This document shows positions 35,181-46,605 of a DNA stretch of 64,000 nucleotides, one piece after another. Source of the DNA: the human T2T-CHM13v2.0 reference genome, Homo sapiens; NCBI GenBank assembly GCA_009914755.4, contig CP086569.2, positions 18,208,001 to 18,272,000 of the forward strand. Reading direction: 5' to 3'. Below the pieces are notes generated by a model, which searched no databases, was not told where the DNA came from, and worked only from the letters and a program-made list of their open reading frames with translations. Position 1 is the first letter of the stretch. Each line of letters begins with the position of its first letter. Made by a program: the position numbers and the translations under genes.

Positions 35181-35630
35181 TGCAGGGAGCTGAAGGCTGA
35201 TGGGATGTGACAAATTCAGCATTCTGCTAGAGGCTATATAATCAAACAGCAAACTATTTATCATGAATGCAGGATGTGGGCAAATCCACACTGCCCTGCC
35301 AACAAAAGGTTTGCTGAGGGACATCACTCCCTGGTGCAGCTCCTTGAAGTTATCTACTGAGAAAATCAGTGCCTATTGTTCAAAGGATGAAGCTCAAGCC
35401 TTCTGTGAACCAAACGGCTGACTTACAACTACCTGACAATCACCCCCCAACTTCCTCACTATCTATTTTTCCTAATAAATACAGAGGGCTGTGTAAAGCT
35501 CAGAGCCCTTGTCCAATAGAGGTAAGGTGACCCCTGACCCCTTCTTCCAAATAAACTCCTTTGTCTCTTGTCTCTTATTACCATGTTCACCCTCTCTTTG
35601 TTCAGTCCACAAGGGTCCATGCATGTTTCA
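35181..35630 (+). repeat. HERV-K-like 3' LTR (about 450 bp)
   Basis: It is homologous to 30090-30546. It contains TATA-like ctatataatc and aataaa (cctaataaatacag). Confidence 0.75.
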
Positions 35631-35636
35631 TCATTT

Positions 35637-35850
35637 GAGGTGGGTTCTTTTTTTTTTTTTGAGATGAAGTCTCACTCTGTTGCCCAGGCCGGAGTTCAGT
35701 GGCACAATCTCGGTTCACTGTAAGCTCCATCTCCCAGGTTCATGCTATTCTCCTGCCTCAGCCTCCTGAGTAGCTGGGCCTACAGGCACCTGCCACCACA
35801 ACCAGCTAATTTTTTGTATTTTTAGTAGAGATGGGGTTTCACTGTGTTGA
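35637..35850 (-). mobile_element. 5'-truncated Alu on the - strand (poly-T at 35648-35660), inserted into the host Alu. It abuts the host Alu's right part head to head.
   Basis: tttttttttttttgagatgaagtctcactctgttgcccaggccggagttcagtggcacaatctcggttcactgtaagctccatctcccaggttcatgctattctcctgcctcagcctcctgagtagctgggcctacaggcacctgccaccacaaccagctaattttttgtatttttagtagagatggggtttcactgtgttga. The flanks gaggtgggttc (35637-35647) and gaggtcaggagttc (35849-35862) look like a TSD made from host-Alu sequence. Confidence 0.85.
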
Positions 35851-36089
35851 GGTCAGGAGTTCTAAATCAGTATGGCCATCATGGTGAAACCCCATCTCTA
35901 CTAAAAATATAAAAAATAGATGGGTGCAGTGGTGGGATCCTGTAATCCAAGCTACTCAGGAGGCTGAAGCAGGAGAATTGCTTGAGCCTGGGAGGTGAGG
36001 TTGCAGTAAGCAGAGATTGCTGAACTGTACTCCAGCTTGAGTGACAGAGTGAGACTCCATCTCAGGAAAAAAAAAAAAAAAAAAAAAAA
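35851..36089 (+). mobile_element. Right part (Alu positions about 60 to end, with poly-A) of the host Alu split by the HERV-K and Alu insertions
   Basis: ggtcaggagttctaaatcagtatggccatcatggtgaaaccccatctctactaaaaatataaaaaatagatgggtgcagtggtgggatcctgtaatccaagctactcaggaggctgaagcaggagaattgcttgagcctgggaggtgaggttgcagtaagcagagattgctgaactgtactccagcttgagtgacagagtgagactccatctcagg, then (a)23, then the TSD gatgtgacaatt. Confidence 0.85.
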
Positions 36090-36488
36090 GATGTGACAAT
36101 TGGCATGTCTCCATGCAGTGCCAGGTGTCACTGGGGGTCAGCAGGGCTGAAGGGGCATGCAAAATACCCCAGGTTGACAATCATTGCATTGGTTATTCAA
36201 GTAGACTAAAAACTAATACAGTAGTTACAAAGTATCCTATCAAGGGGGGAAATATTGTCATCCCTGGGGAATTTCTTGGTGTCATGAATTATCTGGCTGC
36301 ACCTCAGACATACAGTATTAGAATCTCTGGGACAGTGCCCAGTGATCTGTGTTTTTCAAGCCCTCTAGACACTTCTGATATTCTCTCAAGTTCAAGACCA
36401 ATTGTGTTAGAATCATGTGCTATATAGCACTCCACACTAGTATTTTCAAGGGAGGAGAGAAGGTGGGAAGAAAAGCAAAAAGAAAATG

Positions 36489-36772
36489 AGCAAGGCACCA
36501 GGGCCTAAACCTGTAATCCCAGCAGTTTGGGGGCCAAAACAAGAAAACCGCTTGAGGCTAAGCATTTGAAACCAGCCTGGGCAACATAGCAAGACCCTTT
36601 CTTTTAAAACAAACAAGAATTAGCCAGGTGTGATGATGCATATCTGTAGTCCCAGCTACTAGGGTGGTTGAGGCAGGAGGATTTCTTGAGCTGAGGAGTT
36701 GGAGGCTGCAGTGAGCTGTGATCATGTCAGGCACTCAAGCCTGGGTGACCAAAGCAGGACCCTGTCTCTAAA
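36489..36772 (+). mobile_element. Alu (older, diverged) followed by a GA-rich tail at 36775-36850
   Basis: ...cctgtaatcccagcagtttgggggccaaaacaagaaaaccgcttgaggc...agccaggtgtgatgatgcatatctgtagtcccagctactagggtggttgaggcaggaggatttcttgagc...gcagtgagctgtgatcatgtcaggcactcaagcctgggtgacc. Confidence 0.85.
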
Positions 36773-39659
36773 ACATGAAAGGGAGGGAGAGAGGGAGGGA
36801 GAGAGAGAAAGAGAGAAGAGTATAGGAAAAGAAAGAACAGAAGAAGGAAAGTCAAATCAGTCCTTACAAATCCCCAGAGATTGTTTCAGTTACCTGTAGG
36901 GAATAGGTATTAGGTGAGATGAAGATGAAAATACAGTCTCCAGATTATAACTCAGTGTGTTTTGTGCTATTTATCTATAAAGTGCAGCTCTGAGTTGCAT
37001 GACTTGAGAGAAGAAAAGAGATCTGGCTTACATTTTAGTTGTCTTTGATTAAAACAATTAAGAATGCTCTGAGTCATCTGGTTTTTCAAGCCAGTACTCA
37101 CTGGCTAGAAAAGTATGTGCAATTTAATCTGTTGCATAGCTCTTCCTAAGATACATGACTAGACTATTGTTGAATGCAAAAAATAAATTTCTAAATTTAT
37201 CGACCATGAATTAGGAATTAAGTTTTCCTGGTGGAAGTGTGTATGAGATTCACTTTGCTGCTACAAAAAGTTACTGCAAACCTAGTGGCTTAAGAAAAAA
37301 CACACATTGATTCTTTCATCGTTCTGGAGGTTAGAAGTCTGAAATCAGTCTTAAGCAGCTAAATTCAAGGAGTTGGCATGGCTGGTTCTTTATGAAGTTT
37401 CCAAGGAGAATCTATTCCTTGGCTTTTCTAAATTCTGGAGTCTACCTTGACTCATGGCCATTTCTCCTGTCTTCTTTGACATTCTTGTCTATGTCTCATA
37501 AGGATCCATGTGATAATAGTAAGACCGTTTGGATAATAGAAGATGATCTCTCATCTTGACGCACTTAACTTCATGAGATCTGCGAAGGTTTTTGTCATGT
37601 AGGCTAACATACTGAGCTACCAGAAGTCAAGAAGTGGATGTCTTTGAGGAAAAAGTGATCCAATCTATTACAGAAAGTCAGATTCATCCCTTTCCTAGAA
37701 GCCACTACGAATTCAAGTACAGCACCTGCAGTTTCCTCTGGAGGTCACTGTTGATCCAAGCTGATGGTGAGGCATTTTGTTCCTAAGTCATGGTGCATTT
37801 CTACCGCATCTTTCAGGAAATCCAGACAGGCCATCCTTTGGAATAAGTACATCATGCTGTATTTCTGGCCACCACAGTCACAAATAAAAGAGAGACAGGG
37901 GCAAGGAAGAAGAAAGGAAGGAGTTGCTTGCTTTGTGATCATAGCAGCATGTTAGTGATGCATTTCAAGTTTGTGACAATGATTATAATCAAAGGTATAG
38001 ATGTGAGAGCCTCCACCCTAATCATAGTTAGGTTATTTACTATCCCAGGCAAAGTGCCATAATCTCCTTGGGCTTTCATTTCCTCACAAGTAAGATGGGG
38101 ATAAGAGTCACTTGAGGATGTCATTGTTGTGATTTAATGAACTAATGAAAGGAAAATCTTTAACAAGGTGTCTGTAACCTTGTAAGCAGTCAAGAAATGA
38201 ATACCATTTTTTGTTTTTTGTAGGGATTTAAATGCCACCAACTCAAGCTGTCATATCTTTGCTGTTTATTATTCACAATTTATTATTAGAACATTGCTTT
38301 CAAGTGCCTTCGAAGTAGTAGGTCTTTGCAATAAAAATAGTAGCAAGCCTCAGTGACTGATCTCAACAGGTAAGTTCCTGATAAAAAAAGATCAGAGTAG
38401 ATTTAATTAGGAAACATTCATGCACCAGTCATATTCCATGGGCTTGTAATTGAACTGGAAGTAAAGGAAAATATGTAAACTGTCTTCCTGCATCGATTGC
38501 ATGTCTCCAACAGCCAAGCTCACGAAGGATTTTCTTCTGGGAATTACATTTGCAGTAAGGAGATCTGGAGCTCATACTGTGCAAAAGTATGCACCCAGCC
38601 TCCATTTCATCCTACAGACCGCACCTACTTCAGGGACAACATTTTACACACCCTAGGTGGAGAGGGAATTACTTTAAAATAAAACTTACATGCTTCCATT
38701 AATAAAGCAATGTAACTTCACATAAAAAATCTGTAAAATTGCCATTACAGAGAAGAAAACAGATTTTTTCAGCATTTCTTTACTAAATCAACAAGATGTA
38801 TTAGTTTACACATTTTATTATATTTATCTTTAGCAATGTTTATCTCATAATTTGCATAATGCAGAGGATACAAGCCCTCTATGAAGAAAGACATAAAGAG
38901 GAACTTAATGATGGTAAAATTTCCCAGTAGTCGTTTTATTTTTTGTCTTCCTGGTCTACTTTTCCAATTATGGAGGTCATTTTTGTAATTTAAATTATCC
39001 AATGAAAAAAGTATGACTCCACTTTCTTATGAATGGTGAGGCTTTCCTCATTTTAAGAAATATGGATTAAGCACCTACAAGCACCCAGACTGTTTCAGAT
39101 GTCAAGGACAAGAATAAGCAGCTTACTCATCAGTTTCAAAGGGAAATTGCAATACTCTCCAATTTCAGTATTCAGTCCTTTACTTGGCTTCCTTAATAAA
39201 TGATGATATATTGTTTCTAATATAAGCTCCTTTAAAGACTCGTTACTATTTCTGCAGGAAAAAAGCAAAACAAACAAATAAACAAAACAATGGACAATAA
39301 AATCTCTTTTAATGCTTTTTTATTTTTATAATTTATCTTTATATTAAGGGAGAAAGAGAATTTCAATTTGTTTATTTGTTTTAGTCATTACTGCCTTATA
39401 TATCTGAAAGGTGTAAGGTTAGCTGAAAGAAAGGACAAGAGAGAGAGGGACCCAAGGTGAGGCAATTAAGTTTATTAACCTGCTGGGCTGCTCCACCATA
39501 GTTAGAGATAGCCCTGAGCTTACAAAATGAGGGATTTATATGGGAGAGGGAGACCCTGGGGTTGTTTGTCAGTTAACTTTACCACATATCATCTCATGAT
39601 CAGATTATAGTGTATTATGTTGTGTAAATAATATTTACAAGAGGGTGTAACTTAGATTT

Positions 39660-40000
39660 ACCCACATTTCTCATGACCTCCCCTGTGCTGCCTGGAAGGC
39701 TGTAATAGCAAGCCTGGTGACCTTGCTGTGGTGCCTAGATAAGGGTTCAGGAATGCAGCAGTAGAGAATTCAGGGTAAGGGTCAGCTGCATTCTTGGGGG
39801 TGGGAGGTTCCTGAGGCAGTTTCTCCCTAACATTCCAGCCTTTTAATAGATAATAGTCTTCTATTAAGGTCACCCAAATGGCCAAATTTAAATGGCTTGT
39901 CCATTTTTCAGGATGCCCAAAGGTCATCACCAGCTCTTTAGTAACCAAACATTCAGGATTTTGTAATGGCAGACATATGAGTCTTATGACCATTCAATGG
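39660..40000 (+). mobile_element. env: HERV9-like env (SU) fragment in + orientation, inverted relative to the adjacent - strand provirus
   Basis: 39850-40000 is the near-exact reverse complement of 40880-41030. Both encode VTKELVMTFG[H/G]PEKWTSHLNLA[I/V]WVTL in opposite orientations. The homology becomes more diverged toward 39660. Confidence 0.65.
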
Positions 40001-43000
40001 GGTGCCATTGTCATCTGGATGCTTCTTTCTGGATAGGGGTGACAGTTGTTGGGAGAGGCTGGGTGGTAGGGACTGCCAGCCCAGGAGTTAAAGAACCACT
40101 GGAGTGAGGAGTCCAAAAGGTGCTGCATGATTTCAGTAGCCTTTTCATTTAACCACTGGGCCGCATCTCATACTAGTCCTGACTTGTTAGTATAGAAACA
40201 GCAATCTTCTAAAGAGATGCACAGTCCGCCTTTTTCAGCAGTGAGGAGATCTAAACCTTGATGGTTTTGAAGTGTCACTGCTGCTAAAGAGTCTATTTGG
40301 GATTGGAGAGTAAGGATTGATTTAGCTATGTCTTACAGGCTGTCTGAGAGATCTTTTGAGAGAGCCTGATAGTAGTACAAGGAAGTGGACAAGGCTGCTA
40401 TCCCTGTTCTTGTTGCAGTGGTAATTCCTAGTACTACAAGCAGGGGTATTAGCTGTATGGCTCTGCATTTATGGTCTTGAGCTTTAATAGGGACTGGTAA
40501 ACCCTGGTTTCCTGGGAAAATGTCAATTTTGGGGCTTAAGGAGACCAGGGTGGAGGTGCCAGTCCATTTGGGGGCAGACATAGGTTGAAGTTCCACACAA
40601 GAAAAATACACCCTGGCTGGGCAGAGAGAACTGGTTGTGTATATTGAAAAGGTGTGTGAGTTTATTGTTTTTATTTTCCCACACACATAGAATGCTGGCT
40701 AAGGTGGCTCCAGTAAGTGGCTGAAAAGGAGTTTTAGGGGTCATTTGAGTGGCTCCTTGTGTTTTATTCTCCCATTGGAGAAATAATCATTTTGTGTCTA
40801 CTAGAGTTATTCAGAGGAGTAATTGCAAGAGAGTATACTTAGGCATTTGGCAAGGAGAAGAGACAGGCTACAAGGGGTCTATGGGTGAATGGTCATACAG
40901 CTCATATGTCTGCCATTACAAAATCCTGAATGTTTGGTTACTAAAGAGCTGGTGATGACATTTGGGGGTCCTGAAAAATGGACAAGCCATTTAAATTTGG
41001 CTGTTTGGGTGACCTTAAAATGTTGGTGGTACTTTGAGGCCTGAAGCTCTAAGGTATAGTTACATTGATGGGATACTAGATGACCTAAAGGCAGACCTGA
41101 GGACAGGTTGTGTTGAATACACACGAGTCTTGAAAAGTTAGACCGGTGTTGGTGGACATAGGGCCGTGAATGGGCTGTTATTACTTGTATATTAGATAAG
41201 ATTGGAGATATAGGAGTATAAAAGTTGTACTTTGTGCCCTGTCAGAGTGTTTTTTTGTCATGTCTATGACAGAAAATTTGGCTAGTGACTGCATGTCTAA
41301 AATTTGGAATGGGTTTTTCCTTCATAACGGGGGTGATAAGTTAATTTAGTAAAAACCCAGTTTTTTGAGGGAACGGGGTTGGCAACATAGGTGGTAGTTG
41401 ATAGGGAAATGTAGAGCTAGCAGTCTTTTTGTAGGATGGGGTTGGACTGGTTTAGTAGGGAGTGAGTTAAGGGTCTTACAGAGGTAGTTGTGTACTATTG
41501 GAAGGGTAGGTGTGGCTATGTGGGGCAGCTAAAGGAGTAGGAGAGGTAGATAGACAGAGTGAGTGGAAAAGTAAATAAGTGCATTTCATCTGGGGAAAAG
41601 TCGCATAGGGGGCTTGGAAGATACCGTCATCTATCCACTCTAAAAGATAGTTGAGAATGGGAGTTTGGGGATGAAACCAGGAGATGTCTTGGCAAACAGA
41701 GGTGAGGAAGAGGGTGAAGTGGCAAGGTAGGCAGGAACAGGGCATTTGAGAGAAATTGGGAAAGTACTTGTGATTGTCAGGAAGAGAAGGAAGAGTCTGG
41801 GTATTGTTCAGAGGTCTTCTTCAGGATGGACGTGAGACGGAGTTTGGATGGGCTAAGGAGAGTACTGAAGAATGGATGGAGGATGGCAGTGAGTGGGTCA
41901 GTGGGTGCTTCGGGGGCTCTTTTTAATCTGGAAAGATGGTACCAAGCAATATGACCTGAAAGTTTAGCTGCAGTGGGGGTAGTGAGAAGAACTTGAAAAG
42001 GGCCTTCCCACTTTGGTTCAAGGATTGTTGGTTTAAGAGCTTTTAGGAAGACATGCTCTTCTGGAATGAGGGTTTGGTTCGTGGGGCCTTCATCAGGTTT
42101 TGGGATGGCCTGGTTATCTTGTTCGTGGAGGAGATGACAGATGAAGGAGAGTGTTGAGAGGTGTTCTCCTAGCTGAGAGTTAGAAGAGTGCCTGTTTTGT
42201 AAGAGGAAAGGGTGTCCATACATTATCTCATATGGACTGAGGAAGGAGGGTGTTTTGGACTGGCTCTGATGTGAACCAGTGCTATGGGCAAAAGGCAGGT
42301 CTATGCTTTTTGGACCTCAAGAGGGGGTTTGGTTAACTAAGCCTTAAGAATCCCGTTTGCCCTTTTGACTTTTCTGAGTGACTGGGGTCGATATGGGATA
42401 TGGAGGCGCCACTGGATGCTGAGGGACTAAGAAACCTGTTGGGTGATTTGGGAGATGAAGCTAGGGCCATTGTCTGATTGTGTGGAGCTAGGAAGGTCAA
42501 ATCTAGGGACGATTTCCATCATAACAATTTGGGAGACTTCTGCAGCCTTTTCTGAAGAGGTAGGAAATGATTCTACCCACCTAGAGAAGGTGTCTATAAG
42601 AGTAAGAAGAAATTTTGTCCTCTTGATGGGAGGCATGTGGGTGAAGTCTACATCCCACTCCTTCCCTGGGAGAGTTCCCCTGAGGTGATGTGTAGGGATA
42701 GGGGAAGAGTGGAGGGCCCCTTGGGAGAAAATAACAGAGCATAGACAACAGTTTGAGGTTATAGATCTTAGTGAGATGAATAGATGTGTGGAGGAAAAAT
42801 AAGGGTGAAGGAGTAGGTACAGGGGGCACACACTGATATGGAAGGATTGGTGAAGAGATGTCAGAATTTCTTTAGTTTGCTCTTGGGGGAGGATGAGCTT
42901 TTGATTTTTCACTATCTAGTCTCCTTGAAAGGAGGCTCCTTTCTGTAGTAGTGAAGCTTTCTCGGTAGGAGAGTACTTGGATTGGATTGCTGGGGTAATG

Positions 43001-45800
43001 AGGAGGAGAGGGGCAGGGACAGAAGAAAGGGAGGCTTCTTTTGTTTCCTCATCAGCCTGTCTCTTCCCTCTTCAGATTTCCTCTGATCCTGTTTGATGTC
43101 CTCAACAGTGCATAACTCCTGCTTTAGCTGGGAAGTGTGCAGCCTGAAGGAGTTTGTAAATAAAAGGGCCATTAGTGATGGGGGTTCCTTTGGCAGTAAG
43201 GAATTCTCTCTCTTGCCAGTTGGCAGCGTGGGAATGAAGAATGTGATAGGCATATTTAGAGTCTGTATAAATGTTGACTTATTTGCCTTTGGAAAGTGGT
43301 AGAACCCAGGTGGGAGCTATGAGTTCTGCTCTTTGAGAGGAGGTTCTCGGCAGTAGAGGCTTGGCTTAAGTTTACTCAGTCAAGGGAAAGAACTACATAT
43401 CCAGCAATTCTAGGGGAGCTGGTGGGCCCAGAAGAGGAGCCATCTATGAATAGTTGATCATCAGATTTGGTGAGAGGCTCCAAGGAAATGTTTGGAAAAT
43501 TTGTGTCTAGGTGGTCCAGGATGTCAGTTCAAGAGTAAGGAGAAGAAGAGAATACAGGGAGTAAGATGCTGGGTTGAAGGGAGCACTTTTCCCAAGACTA
43601 AATTCGGGATTTTTGATAAAGAGGGCATGGAGTAATTTGGGAAGGTGGAAGGGAGCTTAATGCTCAGGAAGAGAAGAGGTCTTGTAGATTATGAGAACTT
43701 TGGGCAGCAGTATTCTGGCTGAAGTTTAGTTTCCTGCTTTCTAGAGCTAAAACAGCTGCTGCTGTTAGTGCTTTAAGGTAGGTTGGCCACTCTTTGACTG
43801 TGTTATCTAGTTGTTTAAAGAGATAAGCTACAGGGGAGAAAGAAAGAGGATTTCCTTTCTGTTTTTGTAAGACACTGAGGGCTATTCTTCAGCTTTCAGC
43901 AGTATAGAGAGTGAAAGGCTGGGAGATATCAGTAAAGACAGAATTGGCACAAAGAGAAGAGCAGTTTGGAGTTTGTGGAAGCTGGGGAGTATGTTATGTG
44001 AGGGGTTTAGGGGTTCATTGAGAGGGCCTTTGACCACTTCATAGAGTGGGTGAGCTATGAGAGCAAAGTTGGGAATCCATACTCTAAAAAAGACTGATAG
44101 CCCTAAGAAGGGAAGGATTTTGCTTTTGGAGGAAGGTGGGGCTAGAATATCAGTGTTGCTTGGGCTGGATCATAGCCCAGGTCCCAGGGGAAAGTTGAAT
44201 TCCTAAATAGGTCAGCAGGGAGGTGGAGAGTAGTGTGCAGTTTTGAAAGGATGTCTCTGCTAGGAGCGGAGTTGGACATGAGAGCAGGACTAAGAAAAGT
44301 GAGTAAAGGAAAACATGTGCAGGGAGCAGAAGAGTGGAGGGGTGGCTCAGGGTTTGGAGACTTATCCATCAATTCCTACAACAGAGACCTGGGAGGACTT
44401 AGTGTGTCCTGGAAAATTAGGTAAAGCAAAGTAGGTTGTCCCAGTAATACTTTTTTAAAAAACATACTGGCCTACCTGCCACCATCAGAGTTACCCTCAG
44501 CTCAGACAAAGAGAAGGTAGTTGCCAGGGCATCAATTCCAGGGCACCATCAGTCCTCAGTGGCAAGGCCAATAAGATCTGAATAGGAGGTTTTGGCTGGC
44601 TCAGGAAGGGATGGAGCAGTCCTTTCAGGGTTCATTCACCATCTGACTTCCAGTGGGGTCTTCCACAGAGTGAGGCATGGCTTGGTGAGCTCACCTGGGT
44701 TTGGGCATTGTCTAGATTAGTGGCCTTCACTGACACACGTGAAGCAGGCACTAGGTAGAGGTGAATTACTAGGAGGCTTTCATGTGGAGCTGAAGCCCCA
44801 TGGGCCTGCAGGGCCTCTGATAGAGGACTTGAAACTGCCTGTTTTTGCCTTTTACTTTCCTCATCATGATTCTTAAAGACTTTGAAGGCTAAATTAAGAA
44901 GGTCTCATTGTGGTGTTTGAGGGCCATCGTCAAGCTTCTGAAGCTTGCGCCAATTTTGGGGGGTGGTTTGGGAGTTAAACTGAAGGTTTAAAATAGTGGT
45001 TCCTTCTCAGGAGGCAAGGTGGCCATGAGTAGATTTTTAGAAAGCCTCTGTAAGGCAGGGAAGAAATTGGGCAGGGTTTTTATCTGCTTTCTGGGAGATT
45101 TCTTTGAGTTTTTCAAAGTTTACAGCTTTATGAACAGCTTTGTTAAGACCTGCAATGAGGCGAGTAACCCTATATGATTACGGAATGCTAGCCTGGGGTC
45201 TGTGGGTTGGTACTTCCAGGAAGACTTTTCCTGGGGAAATGCAGCGCCTCCTACGGTTGTAGTAGGATCCTGTCATTGAAGGCAACTGGCATGTGCCTGA
45301 GCTGCAAGCCAAACTTTTTCTTCTCTTCCGGGAGGAGGGTAGAAGACAGAATAATATAGAGATCATGCCAAGTAAGTTCATAAGATTGGGTGAGATATTT
45401 AAATTATTTGATGTAAGTATCGGGATCAGAGGAGAAGAACTTGAGACATTTTACCAAAATAAGTCCTGTTGCAGGAAATAAGTGAGTTTCACAGCTTTCT
45501 GAGCCCCTACTCGACCCAGGAAGCCCAGATGATACCTCCTTTCATTTTGGTGCCTTAATATTATCAAGGCTTGCACAATGAGTCTTGACATGCATGTGTT
45601 CTGGAGTAACTAGAAATTCTAGTTACTTAGAGTTGGGTAAAAGAAGCTTGGTACCCTCTACCAGTTAAGACCACTTTTTGCTTGTTGTGGCCCTTGATGA
45701 CAGACACAGGCACCCTGCTCCAAAGCCTGGGGCTTTACAGGTTACCTAGGATGGCCCTGGAAGCTTCTGGGATGGGAGAGGCCTCCTTGGGCTATTCCTA
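40000..45800 (-). mobile_element. HERV9 (class I, gamma-like) internal region, copy 1, on the - strand. In element 3'-to-5' order it contains env (40000-41750), integrase (41777-42912), RNase H/RT (42912-44500), and pro/gag NC/CA/MA (44500-45440). All are frameshifted. No LTR is present at its 3' (low-coordinate) end.
   Basis: Env TM fusion-peptide region (- ORF 40333-40686): ...RAIQLIPLLVVLGITTATRTGIAALSTSLYYYQALSKDL. Integrase (- ORFs 42427-42912 and 41777-42223): WDVDFTHMP...TLIDTFSRWVESFPT.., WEGPFQVLLTTPTAAKL. RT-like: DLGYDPAQATLIF, similar to the ...DLGHFSSPGTLVLQYVDD region. Gag CA/NC by rc translation: DKNPAQFLPCLTEAF; zinc knuckle CFTCVSEGH. Confidence 0.75.
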
Positions 45801-46605
45801 GTGTGTCTGGAATTTGTTCCTTCTGTTGGATTCTTGGTCTTGCTGACTTCAAGAAGGAAGCCACAGACCCTCACAGTGAGTGTTACAGTTCTTAAAGATG
45901 GTGTGCACAGAGTTTTTTCCTTCAGATGTTCAGATGTGTCCAGAGTTTCTTCCTTCCAGTGGGTTCGTGGTCTTACTCGACTTCAGGAGTGAAGCCGCAG
46001 ACTTTCACACTGAGTGTTACAACTCTTAAAGGTGGCACGTCCAGAGTTGTTTGTTCCTCTTGTTGGGTTCGTGGTCTCGTTGACTTCAGGAGTGAAGCCA
46101 CAGACCTTCACAGTGAGTGTTACAGCTCATAAAGATAGTGCAGACCCAAAGAGTGAGCAGCAACAAGATTTATTGTGAAGAGCAAAAGAACAAAGCTTCC
46201 GCAACATGGAAGGGGACACGAGTTGGTTCCTGCTGCTAGCTCAAGTGGCTCCACACACATCCTGCTGATTGGTCCATTTTATAAAGAGTTGATTGGTCTG
46301 TTTTACAGAGTGCTGATTGGTCTGCTTTACAGAGGGCTGATTGGTCCATTCTTATGGAGTGCTGATTAGTGTGCTTATAAACTTTTAACTGACACAGATC
46401 ACTGATTGGTGCATTTACAATCCTTTAGTTAGAAAAGTTCTCCAATACCTTACCTGATTAGCTAGACACAGAGCACTTATTGGTGCATTTAAAAACATTT
46501 AGCTACACACAGAGTGCTGATTGGTGCATTTAAAATCCTTGAGCTAGACAGAAAAGTTCTCCAAGTCCCCACCCCACCCAGAAGCCCAACCGGCTTCACC
46601 TCTCA
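45801..46605 (-). repeat. LTR12 (HERV9 LTR), copy A, in minus orientation (U5/R at low coordinates, U3 repeats at high coordinates)
   Basis: It starts tgtgtctggaatttgttccttctg (rc of an LTR end ...ACACA). It contains ...gagtgttacagctcataaag... and the hallmark U3 tandem repeats (gctgattggtgcatttacaatcctttagctagacacagagt)n. It ends ...ggcttcacctctca (rc TGAGAGGTGAAGCC). Confidence 0.85.
46260..46535 (-). promoter_or_regulatory. LTR12 U3 tandem-repeat enhancer/promoter array with about 7 CCAAT (attgg on +) motifs
   Basis: Repeated ctgattggtcc / ttgattggtct / ctgattggtgcatttacaa units. ERV9 LTR U3 repeats are known to carry CCAAT and GATA motifs. Confidence 0.7.

Larger units (their letters stand above)
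30090..35630 (+). mobile_element. HERV-K-like (class II, betaretrovirus-like, HML supergroup) provirus, about 5.5 kb. It has LTR-gag-pol remnants-LTR, large deletions (most of RT; env absent), and an internal AluY.
   Basis: Two homologous LTRs of about 450 bp (30090-30546 and 35181-35630) both start tgcag and share long identical blocks. The gag-like ORF has MLWALIRAASAQLHTEE. The pol RT N-terminus has [19 protein letters not shown]...[12 protein letters not shown]. The RNase H fragment has [14 protein letters not shown]...[10 protein letters not shown]. Integrase-like sequence lies near 34380-35093. A polypurine tract (PPT) caaaaaggggga lies immediately 5' of the 3' LTR. Confidence 0.75.

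Noticed and set aside
40749-40955. + strand ORF encoding ...VTKELVMTFGGPEKW...
   Set aside because: It is an antisense open frame over the - strand HERV9 env. The real env reading direction is the - strand (ORF 40879-41124 and others).
46260-46535. Regular 40-bp tandem repeats with conserved cores resembling a repeat-spacer array
   Set aside because: They are the well-known LTR12 (ERV9) U3 tandem enhancer repeats in a primate genome. They have no spacers of unique sequence and are not CRISPR.
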